In this document: positions 18,875-29,391 of the stretch, one piece after another
How the letters are laid out: every line of letters begins with the position of its first letter
Position numbering within the stretch: the first letter of the stretch is position 1
Origin: a virus
Direction: 5' to 3' (one strand)
DNA length: 64,000 bases
IMG/VR virus record: IMGVR_UViG_3300020118_000164
Coordinates: 1-64,000 of that record
Made by a program: the position numbers and the translations under genes
Notes under the pieces: model-generated
Told to the model about the DNA's origin: nothing
Databases searched by the model: none
The model's input: the letters and a program-made list of their open reading frames with translations, nothing else

Positions 18875-20277
18875 TGGCAACCGCCAAGATCCCGACCCCT
18901 ACCGGCCTAGTAGGCGCGGAGCCCCGCAGGGGCGTAGGTGTCGCCGTCACCGTAGGCCGCCGCGGCGCTACCGGCATGGCGGAGTTGACGGATCGGTTTT
19001 GGTTCATGACGCCGACTCCGCACGCCCAGACCTTCGGTAGTCGCTCCTACCAGACGCGCGACCCGCACCCCGGCTTCGTCGCCTGGAACACTGGCGCGGA
19101 GGTGATCCGCAAGCGGACGGCGGGCGGCGCAATCGGTCGCTTCGCCACGCTCAAGGGCAACATCATTCATGCGAACCTCAGGGAGGCGCTGCTTTGGAAT
19201 CGCTCCGCGCAGAAGCTCTCCGCGCCTCATCCCAACCCCAAGAGCCAGCGACCGGCGTGCGAGGGGGACGGTGTGCGGGCGGTGCGGTTTGAGGGTGAGG
19301 TTGAAGGCGTCGAGAGTTACGGCGAGATCCCGTGCCCGAATCAGGAGTGCGTGTTTGCGATGAACGGGCTCTGCAAGCCGTCCGTCCACTTCATCTTCCG
19401 GCTGCGCTGGAATCCTGATGACGCATTCGAGTCTCAGTTCCAGGCGCTGCGCGCGAAGTGGACCTCGCACTCCTGGAACTCGCTGAAGAACCTCCTCGGA
19501 ATGCTTGAGGCGGTTCTCGGTACTGAGGCGGTGGCGCCATGGATGCCGCGCGAGGAGTGGAAGGCCGGCCTTGCGGCGGAGCTGGGCGTCGAGCACCCTT
19601 CGCTCATCGGCATGCCGTTCAGCATGACCATCGGCTCCAAGACGAGGGCGGCCGATGCGAAGACTCCGCAGGGCCGGCGCTATCCCGTCGTTCACTTCTC
19701 TGAGGACGGAGACCTGGTGGAGTGGCTCCTCGCACAGCGCTTGAAGTTCCGTGCGCTCGGCGCAGTTGAGCCGCTCGCGCTTCCCGGGCCGTCCGTTACG
19801 GACCCTGAATTCCTAGAGGTAGCGCGTCATGCCGATCGGGTCGAACTCGATTCCGTTGCCGAGGTTGCCGATAGTGGATCTGACGGCCCTCCCGGGGAGC
19901 CAAGCGTTCAGGGCGATGATAGAAATTCTCGCCGATCCGGGTCACCCGCATCCGCTGCCGGGTCTAAGGATTCAGCCGCCGCCGGACTTCTGGCCGGAAG
20001 TTCCGAACCCGGCGGTGCCATAGATGCGGCAGTCGCCTCGCCCCGCCCCGATCCTCTCCTCCCCCTTGGCCCGCCGTGGGAGACCATCTCCGCACGTGAG
20101 GCGGAAGCCCTGGCGCTCCGGCTCGAGGCCCTTGGTCGAGATCCCTTAGACCTACTAGAGGCGGCCGGCGTCGATCCCGCGCAGGCGTCCGACCTCCCGC
20201 ATCTCCCCGCGGACAAGCTCCGCAAGATCTGCTCTCTCCTAGAGGCGTGGGAGCGGGCGGGACGGGGGCGGACGTGA
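18871..20277 (+). CDS. Gp3-like (recombination-directionality-factor-like) recombination protein
   Basis: CEGDG..A..IPCP..C....CKP motif, TSHSWNS; near the Cas4-like nuclease. Confidence 0.55.
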   Translation: MMATAKIPTPTGLVGAEPRRGVGVAVTVGRRGATGMAELTDRFWFMTPTPHAQTFGSRSYQTRDPHPGFVAWNTGAEVIRKRTAGGAIGRFATLKGNIIHANLREALLWNRSAQKLSAPHPNPKSQRPACEGDGVRAVRFEGEVEGVESYGEIPCPNQECVFAMNGLCKPSVHFIFRLRWNPDDAFESQFQALRAKWTSHSWNSLKNLLGMLEAVLGTEAVAPWMPREEWKAGLAAELGVEHPSLIGMPFSMTIGSKTRAADAKTPQGRRYPVVHFSEDGDLVEWLLAQRLKFRALGAVEPLALPGPSVTDPEFLEVARHADRVELDSVAEVADSGSDGPPGEPSVQGDDRNSRRSGSPASAAGSKDSAAAGLLAGSSEPGGAIDAAVASPRPDPLLPLGPPWETISAREAEALALRLEALGRDPLDLLEAAGVDPAQASDLPHLPADKLRKICSLLEAWERAGRGRT

Positions 20278-20473
20278 TTCACACCTTCTCTAATCGAGCC
20301 GAGCGCTGGCTCTATCGGCGTCCCTTGGCGGTGATCGTGGCTTCGTTCGTCGCCGGCGGACTCATCATGCGATGGCCCCTCACGGCCATTCCGCTTATAC
20401 CTCTCGCCGCCTGGCTCGGCTCTGTAAGTGCGGAACTGGATTGCGCTGTCGAAAGGCGGAAGTGGGGCGAGCC

Positions 20474-20905
20474 ATGAGCATCTACGGGACGATCGGCGAG
20501 TTCCGCCTCCCCGTCCTCCTCTCCCCAGAGAAGGCGCAGGAGGTCGGGCTCGTGGCGCCTAATGAGCCGATCGGCCGCATGTGGGGGTCGGGCGATGATG
20601 AAGAGGGCGACGGGCGTCCCTGCCTAGAGACCTGGGTGCTCGTCCTGATCCAGTGTGTCCCGGCCCATATCCAGGACACCGGCCCCGGTTGGGATTTCCT
20701 TCCGCCGCCGGTCGAGGATACGGCCGACGGTCCCGCGCGTGCCATTCTCTTTGTCCGGGCCGTGGCCGGCAAGGGGACCGCCCGCAACCCCCAGGAGTAC
20801 CGCGAGACGCTCCTCTGCATGACCGGCGCGGAGTACCGCGCCGCCAGCTTCGGCGAAGTCCTGTGGCGCGTGCAGGAGGCCCTCGATACCGCACTCGGCC
20901 GTTGA
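20474..20905 (+). CDS. hypothetical protein
   Basis: Coupled ORF. Confidence 0.6.
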   Translation: MSIYGTIGEFRLPVLLSPEKAQEVGLVAPNEPIGRMWGSGDDEEGDGRPCLETWVLVLIQCVPAHIQDTGPGWDFLPPPVEDTADGPARAILFVRAVAGKGTARNPQEYRETLLCMTGAEYRAASFGEVLWRVQEALDTALGR

Positions 20906-20931
20906 CGGCGGCGGCGCACCATGCTATGGTG
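20902..20931 (+). promoter_or_regulatory. promoter with operator A; leaderless ATG at 20937
   Basis: TTGACG-N17-TATGGT-N6-ATG; operator 20917-20931. Confidence 0.85.
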
Positions 20932-20936
20932 CCGGT

Positions 20937-21248
20937 ATGAGAAACGACTCAGAGCGGATTCTTTTCTACATCCCTGAACCGACCGAGGTTGAGTTGGCGA
21001 TTTGCATCAACGGCGAGCGGCGGCGACCGCCAACCGCTAAAGATCTTAAGCAGGCCGGCCTGTGCCTTCGCGGGGATTTACAGGATCGCGCGCGGAGCCT
21101 CTTACTCCGTCTCGGCGAGGATATGGAGGAGGGACCGCTCGGCGCACTGAGATACTTCATCGAATACCTCACGCTTTGGGATCATGAGCCGCCCGAGGAG
21201 TTGATCGCCGAGATGCGGGCGCTCATCGGTGGAGGCTCCGATGGATGA
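20937..21248 (+). CDS. hypothetical protein (leaderless)
   Basis: ATG 6 nt after the -10 hexamer. Confidence 0.6.
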   Translation: MRNDSERILFYIPEPTEVELAICINGERRRPPTAKDLKQAGLCLRGDLQDRARSLLLRLGEDMEEGPLGALRYFIEYLTLWDHEPPEELIAEMRALIGGGSDG

Positions 21249-21479
21249 TGATGATGCGGCGGCGATGCACCCCTACGCGCGACTGCCCTCCGTCTACCTC
21301 AAGCGGCGTCGGCCGTGCTTCCTCTGCTCTCGTTCCTTGCAGCGGTTAGGGTGGGGCCCGCATAAGGGGCACTACGTGGCGAAGGAGGTAGTAATCGATG
21401 GGTTGCCGAGGTTCGTTCACGGTCGGTGTTCCGATCTCCAAGATCACCAGCCGCGCTACGGTGACCTAGAGGAGGCCGA

Positions 21480-22091
21480 ATGAGAGACCTCCTCCCTGAC
21501 GTGCGCAAGGTGCTAGAAGGATTCGACACCGACATCTTCGTCCGCTCGATTGAGGGCGACGGTGATCCCGGATGGGCGCTCCGCTTAGCGCCTTATCTGG
21601 CGGCACTCGGGAGGCTCACTAAGGCTTCCGAGGGCGCAAGCAAGATCCTCGCCTGCGGCGGCGCTGGATGGTCGGACGCGGATTGGTGGACGGACAAACT
21701 GCCCGAGCGCCTGCGCGCGCAGGACAATCGTGCCACCTCGCATCCCATCTTCGTCGTTCAGCAGCGACGCCGTGTCTACGGTTTCGATCCATCGTCCGGC
21801 GATGGCATCGCCTGGCTCGGTGATGAATCCGAGGTCGAGGAATCGCTAGCTTTCTCGCTAGAGGCCGGATATCAGAAGAACCACCATGAACCGGATGGCT
21901 ACACGCGCACAGCGTACAAAGATGAATATGAGTTCGTAACGGCCTGCCTCACCGAAGCAGCGGCCGACGCGTACATAGTCGCCAACCGGCACAACCTATG
22001 TGATCCTCGCGTGTATGCGGCGTCTGGCTATCGCAATTCGGAATGGATCGCGGTTCGCGAGTTCTTTCTTCACCTCGCGGAGGCGCAATGA
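21480..22091 (+). CDS. hypothetical phage protein (Ead/Ea22-like C-terminus)
   Basis: QDNRATSHPIFVVQ...FVTACLTE...N.HNL..PR.Y. Confidence 0.6.
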   Translation: MRDLLPDVRKVLEGFDTDIFVRSIEGDGDPGWALRLAPYLAALGRLTKASEGASKILACGGAGWSDADWWTDKLPERLRAQDNRATSHPIFVVQQRRRVYGFDPSSGDGIAWLGDESEVEESLAFSLEAGYQKNHHEPDGYTRTAYKDEYEFVTACLTEAAADAYIVANRHNLCDPRVYAASGYRNSEWIAVREFFLHLAEAQ

Positions 22092-22759
22092 TCCGCTGCG
22101 CCGCCTACGCCTGCAAAGAGCCAATCCAATCGCCGGAGATTGTCTGCGACGACTGCTGGCGGGCGATCCCTCCCCGTTTGCGCACGGCGATCAACCGCTG
22201 CACCAAGGAGCTGGGCACCGCCGAGGATCGTGCGGAGGCATCGGCTCGCTACGTCCGGGCGTGGGGCCATGCGCTCTCGCGGCTCGCGGAAGAGCGCGTC
22301 ACTGAGCGCCTATCCTGTGAACTCATGGAGCGTGAGAGGTACGTGCAGGAGCCGGGGCAAGTATGAGCATCCACATGCCGACCGCACAGGAAACCGAGGA
22401 ATACGAATACGCAGAGTCTAGGCGTCGGCGCGTTCTGCGCGAGCGGCCCTTTCTGTGCGTGATCCATTGGGGCGCATGGCACGGATTCCGGCATGGTAGC
22501 GTGTGGCTTCGGGGGCGATGTCTGTGGGCGTGGTGACTGGCGAGACGCGCGCTTTTGAGCTGTACCATGACCGCGGCTTGTGTGATCCGCGAGGATGCGC
22601 ATGTGGATGGGAGGGAACGCTCGGTGAGCTACGCTTTCTTGGCGAGCAAGACGGACTCGCCCTGTTCGGCTGCCCGGCTTGTCGTTCATCGCTTGTGGCG
22701 CTAGATCAGCCCCTCGGCACCCCTGCGGGACGAAGCCTTGCCGGCCGAGCGGAGGACTC

Positions 22760-23164
22760 ATGACCACCACCAAGGATCGCCGGGCTAGTAGGCTCGCGAC
22801 ATGCACGCACTTCACCGGCATTCAGCACGATGCTTGCGATGCCGGCGTAGCCTATGACTCCGTGCGCGATGTCTCTGTGCGGCCCTACCGTTGGCCGTGC
22901 CTTCATCCCGACGCGGCCATCTCCTGCGTGAAGCGCGAGTTGCCGACAGAGGAAGAGGTAGACGCCCGCGAACGGGAGGCAACGGAGGCGCTTCATCGCG
23001 GAATGCGGGCGCGCGAGGCTATAATCGCGGCGTCCGATGGAAGGCGCGACGGCGGCGGATCGATCGCGTGCCCTGAGTGTGGTCAACGGCTCAACTACAC
23101 CATCGCGAGCAATGGCCATATCTGGGCCACTTGCTCCGGCGGTTGCGTGTCTTGGATGGAGTGA
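22760..23164 (+). CDS. hypothetical Cys-rich protein
   Basis: CTHFTG..CPECG..NGHIWATC..C..WME. Confidence 0.6.
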   Translation: MTTTKDRRASRLATCTHFTGIQHDACDAGVAYDSVRDVSVRPYRWPCLHPDAAISCVKRELPTEEEVDAREREATEALHRGMRAREAIIAASDGRRDGGGSIACPECGQRLNYTIASNGHIWATCSGGCVSWME

Positions 23165-23166
23165 CC

Positions 23167-23499
23167 ATGAGCTGCCCCTATCCATACGAAGACAGCGAGA
23201 GGCCGGATCTCTGGCGCGAGGGGCGGGTCGTTGCCCGGAAGCCGCACCGCTGCTGTGAGTGCCCGCGCACGATCACGGCCGGTGAGCGCTGCGAGACAGC
23301 CGCCACGCTCTACGAAGGTCGATGGGAGCGGCTCTACCGCTGCCTGGACTGCGCGGCCTTCGCCCAGGCAATCGCCGATGAGAACAAGGAATGCCCGCTC
23401 TGGGGCGGGTTGGCGGAGAGCGCGGACTATGCCGGTTTCGAGTGGGGGACGTTCCTCGCCGAGAGGCGGATTGTGCGGAGCGCTGGCTCATGCGACTAG
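23167..23499 (+). CDS. hypothetical Zn-binding protein
   Basis: ARKPHRCCEC..I..GE..Y..CLDC. Confidence 0.6.
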   Translation: MSCPYPYEDSERPDLWREGRVVARKPHRCCECPRTITAGERCETAATLYEGRWERLYRCLDCAAFAQAIADENKECPLWGGLAESADYAGFEWGTFLAERRIVRSAGSCD

Positions 23500-23547
23500 A
23501 GCGCATCGCGGATCTTGACGCGCGGCGAGCCGGGAAAGGTAATACCG

Positions 23548-24495
23548 ATGGCTGAGCAGAGCAGCATTTCATGGACTGACGCAACATTTAATCCGTGGTG
23601 GGGCTGCTGGCCGGTCTCGCCCGGCTGCGCTCTCTGCTACGCCGATCGCGAGGCGTCGAGACATGGCTACTCCGATCTCTGGCAGAAAGCGGGACCGCGG
23701 AGGGCGTTCGGCGAAGCGCACTGGAATGAGCCGCGTCGCTGGGCGCGCAACCTCCCGCGCAAGCTCGGCCGCCGGCCGCGCGTGTTCTGTGCCTCCATGG
23801 CGGACGTCGGAGAGGATCATCCGGTAGCTGAGGCGGAGCGCCCGAAGCTCTGGCGGCTCGTTGAGCAGACGCCTGAGTTGGACTGGCTGCTCCTGACGAA
23901 GCGGACGGCGACCGCGCGAAAGTGGCTGCCGGCGCACTGGCTGTCCGGCGGCTGGCCGCCTCACGCCTGGTTCGGTTTCAGCGCCGAGGATCAGCCTCGG
24001 TATGACGAGCGCGCTAGCGCGGCCCTGAGCCTGGGCGCGCCCGTCACCTTCTGCTCGTATGAGCCGGCGCTTGGGCCGGTCGACTTCCGGTTTCCGGCCG
24101 TGCTCAGACGCACGCGCCCCGAAGGCTGGGAGGGAATGGGCGAGGCGAGGCGCGAGGAGGCCATCGCGACAGCGGCCCGCGCCGAGTACATCGCTCGCAG
24201 CGAGTCACTTTCTTGGGTGATCGGCGGGGGAGAGAGCGCGCGGCCGGCTGCGCGCGCGCGACCAATGCACCCGGACTGGATTCGGAGCGCTCGAGATCAG
24301 TGCATTGCGGCCGGCGTCGCCTTCCATTTCAAGCAATGGGGTGAGTACGTGTGGCGCGCCACTCGTGGCGATTCCACGGGCCGACCAAAGCACTATTTTG
24401 ATGACGGCGTGTGGGTGGAGCTGGTCGGCAAGAAGGAGGCCGGCCGCGAGCTCGACGGCCGCACCTGGGATGAGTTCCCGGAGCCGCGCGGATGA
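23548..24495 (+). CDS. DUF5131 (phage Gp37/Gp68-like) protein
   Basis: ISWTDATFNPWWGC..VSPGCALCYA, VFCASMAD, LLTKR, WVIGGGES, FKQWG. Confidence 0.9.
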   Translation: MAEQSSISWTDATFNPWWGCWPVSPGCALCYADREASRHGYSDLWQKAGPRRAFGEAHWNEPRRWARNLPRKLGRRPRVFCASMADVGEDHPVAEAERPKLWRLVEQTPELDWLLLTKRTATARKWLPAHWLSGGWPPHAWFGFSAEDQPRYDERASAALSLGAPVTFCSYEPALGPVDFRFPAVLRRTRPEGWEGMGEARREEAIATAARAEYIARSESLSWVIGGGESARPAARARPMHPDWIRSARDQCIAAGVAFHFKQWGEYVWRATRGDSTGRPKHYFDDGVWVELVGKKEAGRELDGRTWDEFPEPRG

Positions 24496-24881
24496 TCCGC
24501 CGCGCGCCCCTGCGCCGGCGCCGTCCGGCATCGGCGCTATCGCCCCGCGCGCTCGCGGTCCTGGAGAAGCGCAGGGCTGAGCGACTGGCGAGGGCGAAGG
24601 CGCGCCACGCCGCGCAGTTCGGACCGCAATCCGAGCTGTGCCGGCGCGGCCCGTGCCAGGGCTGCGGCAAGCACGTCCGCTGCATCCCTCACCACTGGCC
24701 CCATAGAAAGCACGGCGGCCTGGACAAGGACACGTGCGCCCTCTGCCCGTTCGATTGTCACCTCGCGGCGCACGAGGACCGCGAGGCATTTGAGGCGCGC
24801 GTCGGGCGGACGGTCTCCTCCATGGTGGAGGAGATGAGGGAGCGGCTGGCGGCCCGCACAGGAGGCTCCGTTGACGGATAA
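24492..24881 (+). CDS. HNH-like small protein
   Basis: CQGC..PHH..GG..LC..CH. Confidence 0.45.
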   Translation: MIRRAPLRRRRPASALSPRALAVLEKRRAERLARAKARHAAQFGPQSELCRRGPCQGCGKHVRCIPHHWPHRKHGGLDKDTCALCPFDCHLAAHEDREAFEARVGRTVSSMVEEMRERLAARTGGSVDG

Positions 24882-25188
24882 GGAACTACTCATCTTCGTT
24901 GCTGAGTTCCGTGCCGGCTTGCTTGGCGGAGCTTCAGCGCGCGGTATGTGCGCCGTGGTCTGCTGGCCCCTGGTCAGCCTACTGGCCGCGGTGGGGGTCG
25001 AGGCGGAGCTGGAGGATCTCGATTGGTCTGATGCGCCCCGAGGGCTATTGAACCATGTCATCATTCGGCTGGCAGACGGCCGAGTCCTTGACCCGACCGC
25101 CGATCAATTCGGCCTCGCTTCCGTCTACCTTGGCCCGATGCCGGAGATCTACAGTGACCATGCGCGCCGGTTGCGATCGGTGGATTGA
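24871..25188 (+). CDS. hypothetical protein
   Basis: GMC..H..VLDPTADQF pattern. Confidence 0.55.
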   Translation: MTDKELLIFVAEFRAGLLGGASARGMCAVVCWPLVSLLAAVGVEAELEDLDWSDAPRGLLNHVIIRLADGRVLDPTADQFGLASVYLGPMPEIYSDHARRLRSVD

Positions 25189-25706
25189 TGGCTGAGCGAG
25201 CCCGCACCCTCTGGCTCTACGACCTCCCCGGCCTGACGGGACAGATCATCGGCGAGGAGGCGCGTGCACTGCATCTGATCGTCCATGTCAAGGAGTTGGA
25301 CGTGACGCTCGCCCAGAAACTCGGGGAGATCCCCGAGGCGCAATGGTTGGCCCTCCGTGCCGCATGCGCGGCCCGCTGCGGCATCCCGGACTATGAGGTA
25401 TGGGCTGAGCAACGCATCCTCGCCTCGCCCGGCTATCAGAAGTGGCGCGAGGATCTCACGCGCTACCAGGAACGCTACGTGCCGAGTGTCAAATGAGGCT
25501 AAGGAGGCTGCGGAGGTAACCTACATGAGCACCGGCGATCTGACTGGTGGAAGACGCCTGACGGAGGATGAGCTGGCCGAGGCAATTGAGGAACTCCGGC
25601 GCCCCGATCTGCCTTCGTTTCTCGCCCGCATGCGCGAGCCTAAGGCTGGTAAGCGCGTGCTACGGCATCGGACGCTCTCGGAATTGGATGGCGAGCGGGG
25701 AGACTA

Positions 25707-26375
25707 ATGCGGCCCTCGTGCTGCGAACACCCCATGCGCAACAAGGGACCGGCGCGCCCCGGCTCGCCGATTCGATGGCTCTGCCTTTTCTGTGGGAAAT
25801 ATGGCCCCGCATTGGGGGAACCAAAAACCCGCCTGCGCCTCTGCGCCCACGAGGACGGCGGCTGGCTCCTGTACGAGGGCCGGAGGGGCATGCCGGTCAC
25901 CGTGGACAAGCGCAACCGCAGGCGCGTCTTCCTGGGCACGAGGCATCCGTATGCCAACTCCGGCGGCTGGCAGTACCTCGCCCGCTTCCTGGTCATGGAT
26001 GCCCTACGGCGCCGTCTTGGCTCACGCGAGCAGGTCCACCACGGAGACGGCAACCGGTTGCATGACCAGCTCCGAAACTGCGAAGCGCTGATCCCGGAGC
26101 TACACGGCCGCTACGGTGCCGCGGCCTCCTCCCTCGGCGGCTTCCGGAATGATCTCGGGCGGTTCGTCGAGTGGGATGGGGAGGCGGACCTGGTAAAGCT
26201 CGCACCGTTCGCCATTGCCAGGTACGGCCCCGTCGTAGGCAATGCCGCGCTCCGGCTCCTGGAGGGCATGGGCGACTCGCTGTGGGGCGATCGAGCTGAG
26301 GCGCTACCCATCTTCATCCCGTCGTCGGTCGGCCTGCCTGAGTCCCTGGGCATTGCGGCGCAGGTCATTCCGTGA
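25707..26375 (+). CDS. degenerate HNH endonuclease-like protein
   Basis: HPYA..R.L..REQVHHGDGNR..N. Confidence 0.5.
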   Translation: MRPSCCEHPMRNKGPARPGSPIRWLCLFCGKYGPALGEPKTRLRLCAHEDGGWLLYEGRRGMPVTVDKRNRRRVFLGTRHPYANSGGWQYLARFLVMDALRRRLGSREQVHHGDGNRLHDQLRNCEALIPELHGRYGAAASSLGGFRNDLGRFVEWDGEADLVKLAPFAIARYGPVVGNAALRLLEGMGDSLWGDRAEALPIFIPSSVGLPESLGIAAQVIP

Positions 26376-26875
26376 CTCAGCCATCACTCTTCCGGTCTAG
26401 CGGCGCGCGGTTCTCTTCTTGCCGGACCTACCGATACCATCTCGGCCGGCGATGGGAGACCGGTCCGGCGTGTCTGTGGGTAATGCTGAATCCATCAACT
26501 GCGGATGCGGATTCCAACGATCCGACCGTGGAGAGGTGCGAGCGGCGGGCTCGCGCGTGGGGATTCGGAGCGGTCGAGGTAGTCAACTTGTTCGCCCTGC
26601 GGAGCACCGACCCGTCCGCGCTTAAATCTCATGCCGATCCTGTCGGACCCGAGAACGACGGCATCATCGTAGAGGCCGCCGAACGGTCCGGCGTGATCGT
26701 CTGCGCTTGGGGATCATGGGGAGCCTTTCGGGGACGAAGCGCCGAGATTTGTTTCCTACTCGGCCGGTTCGACTTGCATGCCCTGCGCGTGATCAAGAGT
26801 GGCGAGCCCGCCCATCCCCTGTATCTCCCCTATTCACTGCGCCTGATGCCGTGGCAGAGGCGGTCGGCGCCATGA
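26372..26875 (+). CDS. DUF1643 domain protein
   Basis: YRY.L.R.W, MLNPSTAD..DPT, NLFALRST, AWG, PAHPLY. Confidence 0.9.
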   Translation: MTQPSLFRSSGARFSSCRTYRYHLGRRWETGPACLWVMLNPSTADADSNDPTVERCERRARAWGFGAVEVVNLFALRSTDPSALKSHADPVGPENDGIIVEAAERSGVIVCAWGSWGAFRGRSAEICFLLGRFDLHALRVIKSGEPAHPLYLPYSLRLMPWQRRSAP

Positions 26876-27316
26876 GCGGCTACGCTGGCCGTCTCCGCGG
26901 CCCTCTCCGTGACGTGGTACCCGTAGACTCAGGCGCCGAGCAAGGCCCGGTCCCGGAGCACCTGAGACCGCCTCCGCCTGCCCGCCGGCCACCCTCCGAG
27001 CCCTTGACCACCGCCGAGCGAGAGGCCCTCCGCAACCGCCCGTTGCCCAAGGGGCTCGGGCTCGGCTACTTCAAGCGGCCGGGCGCGCTCAGGCGAGCCG
27101 TTCAACCTGCCCAAGATCTGAAGATCCCGCGGCCCCGCAAGCAACCCTCTGCGGTCTCTCGTGCGCCGGTCATTGACCGCCCGTCCTGCCCCACAGGATG
27201 CGGAGGCAAGGTGAAGACGCGGGGCATGCGCGGCGTGCATCGGCGGTGGCACTGCGAATGCGGGCGCAACTGGACGGTTTGAGGGGGGAATTGCCTCCAT
27301 GCTATGATCCCCTCTC

Positions 27317-27655
27317 ATGGTGACCGCTACCCCTTCCCCCAATCCCACCAAGAAGCCCAAGAAGCGTGTACCCGAAGGCGCCTCGATTAGCGCCGTCTAC
27401 CGCTCTCGCCCCACGAATAAGAAACTCCTCACCTTGCGCCGCCGGTATGGGCTTGGCGCGGCGTCTGTTCTGCGGATTCTCCTTGATCTCTTCGGCGAAG
27501 ATCCCGGGTTCCACCAAGCCCTGGCAGAGGAGAAGGCGGCGAGCAAGGATGCGGAATGGAAGCCGAATAGCCGGCGCAGGCGGCGGGCGAATGCGGGTAA
27601 CGGGGCCGTCGTGGTGACCGACCCCGTCTCGAAATCCTCTCCCGGCCAAAACTAG
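27317..27655 (+). CDS. basic putative DNA-binding protein
   Basis: Own promoter TTGAGG-N18-TATGAT with a degenerate operator A; last plus-strand gene before a convergent block. Confidence 0.5.
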   Translation: MVTATPSPNPTKKPKKRVPEGASISAVYRSRPTNKKLLTLRRRYGLGAASVLRILLDLFGEDPGFHQALAEEKAASKDAEWKPNSRRRRRANAGNGAVVVTDPVSKSSPGQN

Positions 27656-27796
27656 CCCGGCCGGTCAGTGCGCCTGCGGCGGGCCGTCGCTCAGGATGCG
27701 GCGGCAGGAAGAGCCGCCGTCGGGATGACAGCTCCCGCAACGCCGAGCGGATTCTCTCCTTCTCCCGCCTCTAGCGTCATCGCTGGCAGGAGAGCG

Positions 27797-28576
27797 CTAC
27801 CCTCCGCTAGGCGCCCCGTCAGGCGGGCGTGTTCCAACGTCACGGCGAGCACGCGCGTCGCGGCGGCTAGAAGTCTTGCCTCGGCGTGCGCCGTCATCGC
27901 ATCGGTTTCCTTCTCCACTAGGCGTCGATGCGCCTTGTGGATCGTGTCCAACAGATCGGTCGAGCTGTTCCACATGGGTCAGTCCTCCCTTGGCTTTCGC
28001 CTTGAGTGTCCTCTTGAAGGCCCACAGCGCCACGGCACAATCCGCGGCTTCTGGTGTCAGGCCCTTCCTGTGTACGAGTTGCCAGTGATACCGCTGGCAA
28101 CGATCGGAGCAAAATCGCTGGCGGCGGTGAAAAGCGATGAACGCCTCGCCGCAGGGACAAATGCGATCCTCGGTCCACCTCTCGATCTTTCGGCGCCACC
28201 GCGCGGCTGCCACGACTTTGTTGTCAACACCGTAACGTGCCGCCAGTACAATGTCCGGAACGCTGCCGAGATCCTTCATTTCATCCCAGGCATAGCGCGA
28301 TCCAGGCAGTCCGCGCTTCCGCCGCACTCTCGACACCTGAGCTTCTGTCAGACCGTGCTTTGTGGCGATCTCCCGGTCCGTGGCGCCCGTTCCTAACTCG
28401 CGTGAGAACATCTCTGGATTGCATCTCTCTCGCTGCGGACGAAGGGCGGCGATGCCGCGCCGCTTGCGCTGATAATAGACCGCCTGGGAAGTGCAGCCGA
28501 GGCGCCGAGCGAGGACTCTATCCTCGATGCGCCCGAGCGGTTGCGCGTCCCAATCGATTCGAGCCATGCGACCCAT
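27797..28576 (-). CDS. multi-HTH protein with Zn-ribbon
   Basis: Three D..lA...G.....V...R...GI-like repeats, then CPCG..F..RFCSDRC. Confidence 0.6.
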   Translation of the reverse strand: MGRMARIDWDAQPLGRIEDRVLARRLGCTSQAVYYQRKRRGIAALRPQRERCNPEMFSRELGTGATDREIATKHGLTEAQVSRVRRKRGLPGSRYAWDEMKDLGSVPDIVLAARYGVDNKVVAAARWRRKIERWTEDRICPCGEAFIAFHRRQRFCSDRCQRYHWQLVHRKGLTPEAADCAVALWAFKRTLKAKAKGGLTHVEQLDRSVGHDPQGASTPSGEGNRCDDGARRGKTSSRRDARARRDVGTRPPDGAPSGG

Positions 28577-28605
28577 GCCTAGATCTCCAGTCCCCGTGCG
28601 CGGCG

Positions 28606-28887
28606 TTATAGAACGCGGGACGCTTCCTCTATCCGGCGCCTGTAATCAAGGTCGCCGTTGCGCTTGGGGGCGAGCGTGTATTTGTCGGCCGGGAACGCTC
28701 GTGTCCTATCTAGTAAGCCCGCAGCGTGCAGCCTCGCGGTATGGGCGCGAACCGTCCGCAGCGACACCTCGGCGTGCTCGCGCGCCAGTTCGGCGGCCTC
28801 CCTGTTAGTCATCCATCGACCTGGGTTGGTCGTGAACGCGCGCCAGACAGCTATTTCGTGAGGCGAAACCAGATCCTCGTCTCTCAT
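28606..28887 (-). CDS. winged-helix-like protein
   Basis: WMTNREAAE..VSLRTVRAH..L...GLL; AAGGAG RBS; upstream TTGACC-N17-TACTAT. Confidence 0.6.
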   Translation of the reverse strand: MRDEDLVSPHEIAVWRAFTTNPGRWMTNREAAELAREHAEVSLRTVRAHTARLHAAGLLDRTRAFPADKYTLAPKRNGDLDYRRRIEEASRVL

Positions 28888-28966
28888 ATGCAGCGCCACT
28901 CCTTTCCGGGCCATAGTATGCCGGCCTACGGGTAAGGTCAAGCCTTTTCGCGGCACCATCGCGGAA

Positions 28967-29389
28967 CTAGGTCTCCCGCCGTCCCGCGATCACCGCGAGC
29001 ACAGAGCCCCGGCGAGCCAAGAGTGTCCGAGCCTCCTCTGTGGGGAGCTTGCGCCGTGCGCACGCCTTGACGTGGGCGAGGATCTCTTCCGGTGTGACGC
29101 CGTGATTGAGGTATGCCGCGACGGCTACGGCGAACCCTTCCGGGCTGCGGTTGCCGCGCGAATCGTTGCAGCGCTTGTCGGCCGTCACCAAGTTGCGCGC
29201 GTCGTTCGTGCCGCCCTTAGACTTCGGCTTGAGGTGGTCGAGCGAGAGTCGGGCGCCGTCTTCGACTGAGGCTCCGCACCAGACGCAGGCGAAGCCATCA
29301 CGAGAGTAGATGCTCAGTCTTTTCAGCGGCCGGCACCAACAGCCTACGGGCTGATGGGCTGTGTGGGCACGCTTGGCGGCGGAGGCCAT
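28967..29389 (-). CDS. HNH endonuclease
   Basis: RDGFACVWCG..LDHLKPKSKGG....NLVTA...CN..RG. Confidence 0.85.
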   Translation of the reverse strand: MASAAKRAHTAHQPVGCWCRPLKRLSIYSRDGFACVWCGASVEDGARLSLDHLKPKSKGGTNDARNLVTADKRCNDSRGNRSPEGFAVAVAAYLNHGVTPEEILAHVKACARRKLPTEEARTLLARRGSVLAVIAGRRET

Positions 29390-29391
29390 GG

